Counted from the stretch's first letter, positions 31,246-40,888 are shown. The stretch: 53,603 bases of DNA from Patescibacteria group bacterium (GCA_049604715.1 JBMYTV010000003.1:70228-123830); one strand, 5' to 3'. Translations and numbers: made by a program. The notes: generated by a model not told the origin, from the sequence alone.

Positions 31246-33081
31246 TTATAATGAAATATGTTTATCAACTAACGAGACAATAGCTTCAGCATCAATCTCA
31301 GCGTACTTCAAAAGTTCCTCTGTACTGCCACTTCTTGGAAGCTTCTGTACTGATAGTGTTGATACTGGGGTTTCATGTTCTGCAAGTGCGTGAGTCACTG
31401 CTTCACCAAGCCCACCTTCTGGATAGTGATCTTCAACCACAACTACCCTATCAGTGTCTGCTGCTGCAGATATCAAGGTCTCAATATCAAGTGGCTTGAC
31501 TGAGTACATATCAATAACCCGTGCGCTTATGCCTTTCTTTTTTAAAATGTCATACGCCTTCATGCACTCATGTACGGTAATACCAGCTCCAATAAGAGTT
31601 ACATTATCATCATCACTTTTTTTCAGAGTACCAGATCCTCCAATCGTAAACTCCGTGTCTGTATCATAGTTAAGCTTAGTTGCTGCCCTTGTTGTACGTA
31701 TAAATACATTGCCTGTGTGCTTATAAGCAGCATGCACAAGCGCTCTAGTGCTGATCGCGTCACTTGGATAAAGCACAACAGAATCATGAATACTTCTAAA
31801 CAAACTCAAATCCTCAAGCGCCATTTGAGATGAACCATCGGCACCAATAGAAATACCAGCATGCGAACCTACAAACTTTACATTGCCACCAGAATACTGC
31901 GACATGCGTATTTGATCATGTGCCCTACTCCAAAACGCTGCAAATGTTGAAGTAAAAGCAACTTTGCCTCGACGTGAGAGCCCAAGAGCCACACCTGCCA
32001 TATTTTGCTCAGCAATATACATTTCAAAAAACCTATCATCGGCCACATCTCTACCCATTGCTGCAAAAGTAGAGTTGCTTGTCTCAGCATCAAGAACAAC
32101 TACGTTTGTTTGTTGTTGTAGGACCTCTTGCAAAGCATGCCCATATGCCTTGCGTGTTGCCATGGTTTCAATATCAGACCAAGCAATACTCGGAATGGTA
32201 TCTGGACTTTTTAGCGCTGATGGATCACGTCGTTCTGGCGATGCTACAGTGCCTGTTACTGTTAAGTCAACATCTCCAAACTCGGATAAAGCTTTTTTAC
32301 TCTCTTCTTCACTTAGAGCCTTGCCATGCCAATTGTCAGTATTTTCAATAAATGAAACTCCTTTTCCTTTTAGCGTTTTTGCAACAATCATAGTTGGCCT
32401 ATCTGACGACAAAGCTTTTTTGTATGCTTTTTGGATATCCTTCATACTATGACCGTCAATAACTATCACTTTCCAGCCAAATGCTTCGCATTTGTCTTTA
32501 TATACTTTTACGTTATGACCATGCATGGTCTCACCCCGCTGACCTAAACGATTAACATCCAAAATTCCTATGAGATTGCTGAGATTATACTGTGATGCTA
32601 GTGCCATTGCTTCCCAGTTTGAACCTTCTGAAAGCTCGCTATCTCCAAGCAAAACAAAGGTGTTATAAGGTAGCTTGTCTAAATACTTTGCATTCAGCGC
32701 CATACCAACACCAACTGACAATCCCTGCCCAAGAGAGCCTGTTGCTACCTCTGTATATGGGAACTCAAGTGTTGGATGACCTTCAAGTGGACTTTTAAAT
32801 GACCGGAGATTATGAAGTTCTTCATTAGTAACTTTCCCAGCTGCTGCATATGCTGCATACAGTAGAGGCGCGGCATGACCTTTTGAAAAAATAAGCCGGT
32901 CGTTATTATGGTAGTCTGGATTTTCAAGATCAAAACGATAAAACCCATCAAACATCAAAACAGTGATGAGGTCTGTAGCTGACAAAGATGAAGTTGGGTG
33001 ACCTGAACCAGCGGCTGTAGTTGCGCTAATAATTTGAGATCGTATACGCGCTGATAATTGTGTGAGTGTATCTGTTTTCAT
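31246..33081 (-). CDS. tkt: Transketolase
   Basis: SGHPTS, SKGH, TGSLGQG, GDSE..EG TPP motif, IAEQ, DGSSQMALED. Confidence 0.95.
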   Translation of the reverse strand: MKTDTLTQLSARIRSQIISATTAAGSGHPTSSLSATDLITVLMFDGFYRFDLENPDYHNNDRLIFSKGHAAPLLYAAYAAAGKVTNEELHNLRSFKSPLEGHPTLEFPYTEVATGSLGQGLSVGVGMALNAKYLDKLPYNTFVLLGDSELSEGSNWEAMALASQYNLSNLIGILDVNRLGQRGETMHGHNVKVYKDKCEAFGWKVIVIDGHSMKDIQKAYKKALSSDRPTMIVAKTLKGKGVSFIENTDNWHGKALSEEESKKALSEFGDVDLTVTGTVASPERRDPSALKSPDTIPSIAWSDIETMATRKAYGHALQEVLQQQTNVVVLDAETSNSTFAAMGRDVADDRFFEMYIAEQNMAGVALGLSRRGKVAFTSTFAAFWSRAHDQIRMSQYSGGNVKFVGSHAGISIGADGSSQMALEDLSLFRSIHDSVVLYPSDAISTRALVHAAYKHTGNVFIRTTRAATKLNYDTDTEFTIGGSGTLKKSDDDNVTLIGAGITVHECMKAYDILKKKGISARVIDMYSVKPLDIETLISAAADTDRVVVVEDHYPEGGLGEAVTHALAEHETPVSTLSVQKLPRSGSTEELLKYAEIDAEAIVSLVDKHISL

Positions 33082-33092
33082 AAACGTGATGG

Positions 33093-33989
33093 TTATTTCT
33101 TTTTGCGCACAGCATGACCGCCAAATTCTCTTCGGATAGCTGCTATAACTCTTTTTCCAAGTGTAAACTTCTTGGTTTTATCAAGCCTAATTTTACGAGC
33201 AACCTCAAAAGCAGGTGCATATGCCTTTACACTTCGAACTGTATCAGTCAACTCCTGAAGCGTTACACTACCAATATCCGTCTTAATCTTTTTAAAATCC
33301 TTTCTAGAAAATGCATCTACCATCCAATCAAGCAGAGCGCTTGATACAATACTTGCTGGCTGCCATACTTTAGCTGCCTTTTTATAATCAATTGGCTTTT
33401 CAAATCCATCAAGAAGCTCAACACCCTCTGCCAGCCCTTGCATGTATACGTACTCAACAATATTGTGAACACTTTTCACATAATGCCCGGCACCAACATC
33501 CCCGAAATAACCATAACCGTCTTTTGGTGCAAGCACTTTTGCAAAGGGCTCAATGTATTTGAACTGAGATTTTGGCCCACCAAACATAAGCGCATACCCA
33601 CGCTCAAGACCGTGAATGCCGCCAGATACGCCAGCATCAAACAAATGAATACCATACCTCTCAGTCAGCTTACTTTGTGCCTGAGCATTTTTATAAAAAG
33701 CATTTGCTCCATTTACAATGATATCACCACGTTTCAGATGCGGTATGAGCTCGCTAATCATATTGTCAGTAACTTTACCTGCAGGAAGCATCAACCATAC
33801 AATACGCTTTTTATTATCTAAGGTATCTATGAATTCTGCTAGTGTCTTTCCTCCCTTTGCTCCTTTGCGCATAAGAGACTGTGTCTTGCTATACGTACGA
33901 TTATACACTGACACAGACTTTTTATGCTGCAAAAGTCTCTCTGCCATATGATAACCCATGCGGCCGAGCCCGATAATTCCTATTGTCAT
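33093..33989 (-). CDS. gnd: 6-phosphogluconate dehydrogenase (short form)
   Basis: GLGRMG, WLMLPAG, DAGVSGG, GHYVKSVHN..EY, IRREFGGH. Confidence 0.88.
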   Translation of the reverse strand: MTIGIIGLGRMGYHMAERLLQHKKSVSVYNRTYSKTQSLMRKGAKGGKTLAEFIDTLDNKKRIVWLMLPAGKVTDNMISELIPHLKRGDIIVNGANAFYKNAQAQSKLTERYGIHLFDAGVSGGIHGLERGYALMFGGPKSQFKYIEPFAKVLAPKDGYGYFGDVGAGHYVKSVHNIVEYVYMQGLAEGVELLDGFEKPIDYKKAAKVWQPASIVSSALLDWMVDAFSRKDFKKIKTDIGSVTLQELTDTVRSVKAYAPAFEVARKIRLDKTKKFTLGKRVIAAIRREFGGHAVRKKK

Positions 33990-35416
33990 AATGGTTTTTT
34001 ATTAACAATACTTGCGGGGTCAGTCTCCTGATCATACACAACCAAAGGATACTGCTCCCACTTTTGCACAACACGTTGAATAAACCTCCACGAACAATGC
34101 TCTTCCAAAGGCGTGCGAAATAACATTTGGTCTCCTTGCAAAGCTTTTGCAATAACATACTCATATGCACCAGGTAGCATTGTCTTTCGCATATCATCCG
34201 AATAGCGGTACTGCAATACATTTTCCTCCATCTCAGCACCAAACCCTGGCGCACGCGTCCAAAAGCTAATTCTCACTGCTTCATCAGGTTGAATCTCAAA
34301 GGTAAGTTTGTTTTGTAGCACACAGTCCATGCCACCCTCACACAGTGGATTGCTTGCGGGTTTAAAATATATTGAAATAGTTGCCTTTTTCTTAGACAAT
34401 CTTTTACCACTTTCCAAAATAAACTGCGTTCCTTTCCATCGCTTGTTATGAATTTTTGCTGATACACGGAAAAACGTTTCAGTCTGCGAGTTAGGATCAA
34501 TACCTTCTTCGCTGGTGTATCCCTTGTACTGCCCACGAACTGTAGGAATAGAGTCATCAAAACGAACCTTTTTGAGCACTTGCTCGCGCGCGTGCCTCAC
34601 CTGAGTAGCATGCAATTCACCAGGATGCTCCATAGTAATCAGTGAAAGCATTTGTAAAATGTGACTTTGTCCAACATCACGGAGCGCCCCTACACCATCA
34701 TAAAATGTCACACGACCCTCAAGCCCAAGCTGCTCATGTAGCTTAATCTCAACCCTTTCAATAAAACCACTATTCCAAAGGGGTTCAAATATGGCATTTG
34801 AAAATCGGAATAGCAAAATATTTTGAATTGTTTCTTTTGCTAAATAATGATCTATCAAAAATATCTGCTCTTTTTCAAATAACTTGTTAAGCTCCGTCTC
34901 CAAATGCATAGCAGAAGCCCTGTCTTTACCAAAAGGCTTTTCTATAAGCACTCGACTCCAACCTTCTTTGTCACTACACACTGATGCTGCACCTGAGTCT
35001 GATAAATTCCTCGCAATGACTTCATAAAACTTTGGAGGAGTTGCAAAGTAAAAAAATCTATTTACGCATGTTCCAAAATCTTGTGCCCTAGACTCGATCA
35101 AATCCACCAATTGCTTGAATGCACTAACATCATCAAATGTACCCTTGCTATATGATATATTTTGTAAAAAATTATCTATCACACTCGGTTCATGGTTATG
35201 GCCTTTTTCATCAAATATCCCCCGAACATAGTTTTGAAAATCTTCATCACCCCAATCACGCCGAGAAAACCCAATAATGTGAAATTGGTCAGGTAATATT
35301 TGTTTTGTGTGCAAATCCAGCAGAGCTGGAAATAATTTTTTCTTAGCAAGATCTCCAGTGGCACCAAAGATTACAAAAATAGTTGGCTGAATGGGACGAT
35401 CTGTATACTGTGGCAT
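33986..35416 (-). CDS. zwf: Glucose-6-phosphate 1-dehydrogenase
   Basis: GATGDLAKKK, EKPFG, IDHYLAKE, GALRDV. Confidence 0.95.
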   Translation of the reverse strand: MPQYTDRPIQPTIFVIFGATGDLAKKKLFPALLDLHTKQILPDQFHIIGFSRRDWGDEDFQNYVRGIFDEKGHNHEPSVIDNFLQNISYSKGTFDDVSAFKQLVDLIESRAQDFGTCVNRFFYFATPPKFYEVIARNLSDSGAASVCSDKEGWSRVLIEKPFGKDRASAMHLETELNKLFEKEQIFLIDHYLAKETIQNILLFRFSNAIFEPLWNSGFIERVEIKLHEQLGLEGRVTFYDGVGALRDVGQSHILQMLSLITMEHPGELHATQVRHAREQVLKKVRFDDSIPTVRGQYKGYTSEEGIDPNSQTETFFRVSAKIHNKRWKGTQFILESGKRLSKKKATISIYFKPASNPLCEGGMDCVLQNKLTFEIQPDEAVRISFWTRAPGFGAEMEENVLQYRYSDDMRKTMLPGAYEYVIAKALQGDQMLFRTPLEEHCSWRFIQRVVQKWEQYPLVVYDQETDPASIVNKKPL

Positions 35417-35482
35417 AGGCTATGTATTTATGTGTGTATTGTACCAAAAGCTGTTGTTTTAGGCGAATATAAATAAAAAGGG

Positions 35483-35511
35483 AAAATCCTGCGATTTGCA
35501 GGATTTTTTTT
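35483..35511. terminator. Intrinsic terminator after the small basic ORF
   Basis: AAAATCCTGC-5nt-GCAGGATTTT. Confidence 0.75.
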
Positions 35512-35542
35512 GGATTCCGGAGTGACTTACAGGTTGTTGCTA

Positions 35543-35728
35543 CTAAGGCTTGGTTCTTTTTAGCTTGGTAGTCTTTTTTCTACTTTGCTTTCTTCTTTCT
35601 TTTCTTTGGTTGTTGTCCTTTCTCTTAAAATACTCAATTTTCTTAATGCCTTCATCATTAGTAGTGATGCCAATACCTTTTACTGTTGTTACGCGACCGA
35701 TCAAAAATCGGCTGTTTTCATTTTTCAT
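35543..35728 (-). CDS. Small Lys/Arg-rich orphan protein (61 aa)
   Basis: SD GAGGAG 5 nt before ATG, own terminator, long structured leader. Confidence 0.65.
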   Translation of the reverse strand: MKNENSRFLIGRVTTVKGIGITTNDEGIKKIEYFKRKDNNQRKERRKQSRKKTTKLKRTKP

Positions 35729-35812
35729 AAAAACTCCTCATGAGTGGCTAATAGGTTTTCCTTAAAACACTCCGGATTGTGTTTATTTGTTTATTAAAGT
35801 GCTGCTAAGAGC

Positions 35813-35959
35813 AAATAAAAACTGCCCATCTCTGGCCAGCTTGTATCTGTTCTCTGCTCTAGACTTCTAACTGATACGCTGGCCATTTTTCACATGCAAG
35901 ATGCCGTATACAAACATACGATTCTTAATCAATGAAATTGTTGGCCAGTGATTTAACAT
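35813..35959 (-). promoter_or_regulatory. Putative leader-peptide attenuator (30-aa uORF 35959-35867 plus alternative stems and terminator)
   Basis: uORF MLNHWPTISLIKNRMFVYGILHVKNGQRIS; three TGGCCA-core segments; GAGA-loop hairpin followed by TTTTATTT. Confidence 0.6.
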
Positions 35960-35978
35960 ATTTATAAAATCCTTAGGT

Positions 35979-36020
35979 AGGATACACAAATGCACGTTTT
36001 TGGTCAAGGACTTATCCACA
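35979..36020 (-). promoter_or_regulatory. sigma70 promoter with adjacent perfect DnaA box
   Basis: TTGACC-17nt-TATCCT (TGn extended); TTATCCACA at 36012-36020. Confidence 0.65.
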
Positions 36021-36022
36021 AA

Positions 36023-37072
36023 CTAAATTGTCTGCATTACAACCCACACTAAATAAGCGACATAAAGCGCCACTAAGAATACCCCGGTTCGCCTACCTAT
36101 TTCCCAACGACGCATCAATAACAAGAACAAGATAACCAGCACAGTTGCAAATAACAAAAATATAGAGCTCAATAAGTTAGTTCTATCAATTTGCAAAATA
36201 TCTCCTCCAGAAAAGGCAAGCAAAATCAACCATGGCAACCCTAGGCCGATCAAGATATCAAAAATGTTTGACCCAATTGCATTACTTATAGCCATTCCCC
36301 CTCGACCTCGCCGCGCAGCAGCGACTGAAGAAAGTAAATCAGATATGGATGTGCCAATAGCAATAACAGTAAGCGCGATAATAACTTCGGGTATATCTAA
36401 GATATGCGCAATTTCAATGGCTGCCTCAACCAGCATCCAGCTCAAAAGCGCAATAAACACTATTGCTATAAAAAAATTTGTATAGTGATAAGTTTTTGAA
36501 AGAAAAACCCTATCAGCAACAGCATCGATCTGCTTATACACACGATCTACAAAATGATTCCCTTCTTCCTTACTAGACTCAACTTCGGTTACCTTATCTT
36601 CGTACCCAAATAACCGCTGCCAATGCAGAACGGCTATTACATAAACTATATAAACAAGTACATACCCAACGGCCTCAACGAGTGTAATCACTCCGTCTTG
36701 AAATGTAAACAACAAAATACCTACTGCAGCAATATAAAAAAATGAATCACGTATAACAGGCTGCCAACTGACCACTGCTCGCTGCACCATGGCAGAAATA
36801 CCTATGATCACTAAAATATTAAAAAGCGCTGAACCAACAATAGCACCGACACCTATGGCCTCGTGATCACCGGGCTTGAGTATTGCAATCAAAGCCACAA
36901 ACAACTCAGGTGCTGATGAGCCCATTGCCATCAGTGTAGCTCCAGCTGCTTCATATGATAATTTCCACTTTTCTGCTATTGCCTCTAAAGCCGGCACAAA
37001 ATAACCGTCAACAACACGGCTCATAACAACAAGGGTAGCTACAATCACTACTATAAGTGCGATGAGGGTCAT
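36023..37072 (-). CDS. Calcium/sodium antiporter (CaCA family)
   Basis: alpha repeats GATLMAMGSSAPEL...GSALFN and GTSISDL...GSNIFD. Confidence 0.93.
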   Translation of the reverse strand: MTLIALIVVIVATLVVMSRVVDGYFVPALEAIAEKWKLSYEAAGATLMAMGSSAPELFVALIAILKPGDHEAIGVGAIVGSALFNILVIIGISAMVQRAVVSWQPVIRDSFFYIAAVGILLFTFQDGVITLVEAVGYVLVYIVYVIAVLHWQRLFGYEDKVTEVESSKEEGNHFVDRVYKQIDAVADRVFLSKTYHYTNFFIAIVFIALLSWMLVEAAIEIAHILDIPEVIIALTVIAIGTSISDLLSSVAAARRGRGGMAISNAIGSNIFDILIGLGLPWLILLAFSGGDILQIDRTNLLSSIFLLFATVLVILFLLLMRRWEIGRRTGVFLVALYVAYLVWVVMQTI

Positions 37073-37080
37073 ATATAGTC

Positions 37081-37908
37081 TTAGATATCCTTATATATAC
37101 TTTTTATAAGGTCAGTATCTTTACCCGACCCCTCTAGTACAGCAAGGTTTTTATGAATAATTGATTTGATCATATCATGCGCCTCTTCATCTGCATGCTT
37201 CTCAACTAGCTCACGAAATGCTTCCATGTCTTTTGCAAAACAATTTCCAGCAGCGCCACGACCTCCCTGGTGAACAACCTGCAGGTGCGATGTGCCAATA
37301 CGTGAGTCATGCACCATGATATCTGCCACATCGTCATACGAAATACCAAGATCCTCAGAAATATCATACAAAATATTTGCGAACACTACTTTCATATACA
37401 AGAAGCAATTACTCGCATACTTAATGAGTTCAGCAGTTTCTGCAGTAGTTATTTTATTAAATGGTGCCTTAGGAAAAATATTTATTACCTTTTCTGCAAT
37501 ACTTTCTTGAGATTCGTCAGTAATACCAACCACATTACGCTCTGGATTAGCCACATCATCTGCAGCACTTGCTTCACGTAAAAACTCTGGACTAAACAGC
37601 ACAGTAATATTTGGATGCTTCTTTTGCATCTTACTAGTAGTACCTGGAAGAATAGTTGATTTAATAACAGCCGTGTTGCCATCTCCAATTAGAGACAAAA
37701 CAGAATCAACAATGCTATCATCAAAGCCATTATCATTCGTAGGAGTTGGCACGCAAACAAACACTACTTCGCAATCTTTGATTGCATCTTTGTTTTCTGC
37801 GTATGTATCAATGTCATACCGGACAATATCATACAGTCCAGTTTTCTCAAACCAGTCAGCGTAGTGTTTACCAACCCATCCCTGACCAATAAAACCTACC
37901 TTTTGCAT
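37081..37908 (-). CDS. UDP-glucose/GDP-mannose dehydrogenase family (no C-terminal domain)
   Basis: GQGWVG, CVPTP, IKST, SPEFLRE, AELIKY, DSRIG, GNCFAKD. Confidence 0.88.
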   Translation of the reverse strand: MQKVGFIGQGWVGKHYADWFEKTGLYDIVRYDIDTYAENKDAIKDCEVVFVCVPTPTNDNGFDDSIVDSVLSLIGDGNTAVIKSTILPGTTSKMQKKHPNITVLFSPEFLREASAADDVANPERNVVGITDESQESIAEKVINIFPKAPFNKITTAETAELIKYASNCFLYMKVVFANILYDISEDLGISYDDVADIMVHDSRIGTSHLQVVHQGGRGAAGNCFAKDMEAFRELVEKHADEEAHDMIKSIIHKNLAVLEGSGKDTDLIKSIYKDI

Positions 37909-38017
37909 ACATAACTTTTAAGTATTAAGTAGATAATTTATTGTAGCAAAAAGATCAGATTTCGTCATCGACAAAGGCACTTCTGCATGCTACGCTATGA
38001 GTGAAATACACAAATTT

Positions 38018-38887
38018 ATGTCTACCATTTTAGTGACTGGAGGGGCTGGATTTATTGGCTCACACCTATGTGAAGCACTTATCGGACAAGGCCATGCAGT
38101 GATATCACTTGATAACTACTTTACTGGGACCAAAGCCAACCATATCAAAGGACCTGACTACCGCGAAGGCCATACTAAAGATATTAGTAAGCTAGTCTCA
38201 GAAACACCAGATATAGTCTATCATTTGGGCGAGTACTCTCGCACAGCTGTCGCTATTGAAGAACCAGACGTGGTACTAGACCTTAATATAACTGGCACGG
38301 CTGCAGTGCTTGAATTTTGTAGAACAAAAAAATGCAAACTCATATATGCGGGCTCATCTACCAAATTTTCAACTACAAGACCCGATGGCACTACTGGCCC
38401 TGGCCTATCACCATACACTTGGTCAAAAGCAGTTAACACAGATTTGATAAGTAAATATGCAGACTGGTATGGCATTGAATACGCAACAGTGTATTTTAAC
38501 AACGTCTATGGCCCCCGAGAGCTCTCTGGCAAGTATGGCACCGCCATTGCAATATTCAAAGAAAAGTATCTACAAGGCAAGCCACTTCCTGTTAATAAAC
38601 CTGGCACACAAAAAAGACGATATACACATGTAGCTGACACCATAAGCGCACTTTTGCTTGTAGGAGAAAAAGGATCTGGAGATGGATATAGCATTGCAAG
38701 TGACGACGACTACTCAACTCGAGATATGGCTGAGCTTTTTGAAACAGATATCGAAATGAAGCCAGAGAGAAAAACTAGTAGACCAAGTGCTGATGTAGAT
38801 ACAAGCAAAATCAAAAACCTTGGCTGGGAACAAAAACACAACCTAAAAAGTCATATCAAAGAATTTTTATCAGATAATTCACGCTAA
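38018..38887 (+). CDS. NAD-dependent epimerase/dehydratase
   Basis: TGGAGFIGSHL, YTWSK, NVYGP; ATG 38018 preferred over 37997. Confidence 0.92.
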   Translation: MSTILVTGGAGFIGSHLCEALIGQGHAVISLDNYFTGTKANHIKGPDYREGHTKDISKLVSETPDIVYHLGEYSRTAVAIEEPDVVLDLNITGTAAVLEFCRTKKCKLIYAGSSTKFSTTRPDGTTGPGLSPYTWSKAVNTDLISKYADWYGIEYATVYFNNVYGPRELSGKYGTAIAIFKEKYLQGKPLPVNKPGTQKRRYTHVADTISALLLVGEKGSGDGYSIASDDDYSTRDMAELFETDIEMKPERKTSRPSADVDTSKIKNLGWEQKHNLKSHIKEFLSDNSR

Positions 38888-38888
38888 T

Positions 38889-40097
38889 ATGAAGAAGGTT
38901 CTTATTTTTTCTTTCAACTATTACCCTCAGTTTGTGGGTGGTGCTGAAGTTGCTATCAAAGAAATTACCGATCGCATAGCTCCAGATGACATTGAATTTC
39001 ATATGGTCACACTGCGTTTTGACAAAAATCTCCCTGAAGTTGAAAAGATTGGTAATGTACTTGTTCATCGCATTGGCTTTACAAAACCTGACGCCAGTAT
39101 TGAAGACTTGAGTCAGTCACCACTTAAGTACAACAAATACCTGTATCAATTTGCAGCAGCTTTCAAAGCTTTGCGACTTCATGCTGAGCATAGGTACAGT
39201 GGTATTTGGGCAATGATGGCGATCTCATGTGCAGTACCAGCTGCAATTTTTAAACTTTTTAACCCAAAAGTTCCTTATGTTCTTACTTTGCAAGAGGGTG
39301 ATCCGGTTGAAAATTTAGAAAGAAAAGCAAAACCACTTTGGCTACTATTCACTCGAGGCTTCACCTCGGCTGATATCATTCAACCTATTTCTCAGTATCT
39401 AGCTGACTGGGCGAAAAAACGAAGCCCCAAAACACCGATTGAGACTATCTACAATGGCAGCAATCCGCGGGATTTCAATCCTACATTTACAGAGAAGGAT
39501 TTGGAAAATTATAAACAAAAACTTGGCAAAACAGATAACGACATTTATCTTGTCACTACCTCGCGGTGTGTGCATAAGAACGGTGTAGATGATGTGATCC
39601 GCGCACTCCCGCTACTCCCGGATAATGTGTCATTTATTATTGTTGGCGGCGGTGCTGAAGAAGAAAGCTATAAAAAACTTGCCAAAGAGCTAGGAGTAGA
39701 AAAAAGAGCTCGCTTTATAGGGCAAGTTGATAGAACAGAAACGCCAATTTATCGTGCTATTTCAGACATTTTCGTAAGACCAAGCCGCAGTGAAGGCTTT
39801 GGCATTTCATTTGCATCTGCTATGGCTGCGCGTTTACCCATCATCGCTACGCAAGAAGGTGGCATTGCGGAGTTTTTATTTGATGAAAAACGTAATCCGA
39901 ACAAACCAACAACAGGCTGGGCAGTAGACAAAGACAGTCCAGATCAGATTGCCCAGGCAGTTAAAGATATTTTAACTCATCCTGATAAAGTCAAAATTGT
40001 CACTGACAATGCGTATACACTAGCGCATGAAAAATACAATTGGGATTCTATTGCAAAAGATATGAAAGATAAAATCTTTACTCGTATATTGAAGTAA
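38889..40097 (+). CDS. Glycosyltransferase family 4
   Basis: GGAE, SRCVHKNG, PSRSEGFG. Confidence 0.92.
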   Translation: MKKVLIFSFNYYPQFVGGAEVAIKEITDRIAPDDIEFHMVTLRFDKNLPEVEKIGNVLVHRIGFTKPDASIEDLSQSPLKYNKYLYQFAAAFKALRLHAEHRYSGIWAMMAISCAVPAAIFKLFNPKVPYVLTLQEGDPVENLERKAKPLWLLFTRGFTSADIIQPISQYLADWAKKRSPKTPIETIYNGSNPRDFNPTFTEKDLENYKQKLGKTDNDIYLVTTSRCVHKNGVDDVIRALPLLPDNVSFIIVGGGAEEESYKKLAKELGVEKRARFIGQVDRTETPIYRAISDIFVRPSRSEGFGISFASAMAARLPIIATQEGGIAEFLFDEKRNPNKPTTGWAVDKDSPDQIAQAVKDILTHPDKVKIVTDNAYTLAHEKYNWDSIAKDMKDKIFTRILK

Positions 40098-40099
40098 TT

Positions 40100-40888
40100 A
40101 TGGATATAAAAAAACTGCATAACTTTATAACAAACACTGTCCTTGAAGCAGGCGATTTGCTTATAAAAAAACGAGCAGAGGGTTTTACACATGACATCAA
40201 AAACAATGATCCTAAAAATGTGGTGACAAGTCTTGATTATGAGATCAATGATTTTTTAACTAAAAAAATTGAAGGCTTATTTCCTGAACACACAATCGTT
40301 TCTGAAGAAGCAGACACCATACAGCATGGCTCTGAGTATACCTGGGTAATCGACCCAATTGATGGAACCAACAACTTCATGCGCGGTATTCCGCACTTCG
40401 CAGTAGTACTCGGTGTACTAAAAGGAGAAGAAACAATCACAAGTGCTGTATATAATCCAGCAACCAAAGAATTGTTTCACTTTACCAAAGGCAGCGGCGC
40501 TTTCCTACATGACAAACCAATAAAAGTTTCAAATACTAAAGAACTTACAGATGCACATGTGTTTTTACATACAGGTAGAAAAAAAGAACTCCGCGACTGG
40601 GGCGGTAAAAGCTACACAAAACTTCTAAACAAAGTTCACAAAACCAGCAACCTTGCAAGTAGTGCACTTGATACTTGTTTTGTAGCAGCTGGCAGAGTCG
40701 ATGCATCTGTGTATGGCACCATGATGACGCTTGATAGCGCACCAGCACTTGGTATTCTCATAGAAGCTGGTGGTGTATACTCAGACGCTGCAGGCAACAA
40801 ACCAACGCTTTCAAATGTTATCCAAAAATTATACCTGGCGAATAACCAGACAATGCTTGAAGAAATACGACAGATATTAGAGACCTAG
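40100..40888 (+). CDS. Inositol monophosphatase family protein
   Basis: SEE, WVIDPIDGTNNF, VAAGRVD, EAGG. Confidence 0.92.
   Translation: MDIKKLHNFITNTVLEAGDLLIKKRAEGFTHDIKNNDPKNVVTSLDYEINDFLTKKIEGLFPEHTIVSEEADTIQHGSEYTWVIDPIDGTNNFMRGIPHFAVVLGVLKGEETITSAVYNPATKELFHFTKGSGAFLHDKPIKVSNTKELTDAHVFLHTGRKKELRDWGGKSYTKLLNKVHKTSNLASSALDTCFVAAGRVDASVYGTMMTLDSAPALGILIEAGGVYSDAAGNKPTLSNVIQKLYLANNQTMLEEIRQILET

Noticed and set aside
35550-35765. 71-aa hydrophobic plus-strand ORF (possible type I toxin)
   Set aside because: Hydrophobicity is the mirror of the Lys/Arg codons on the minus strand, which has the SD, promoter and leader
37081-37908. UDP-glucose dehydrogenase as a pseudogene
   Set aside because: Catalytic Lys/Cys motifs are intact, the ORF ends cleanly 8 nt before the next gene, and no remnant of the missing domain follows
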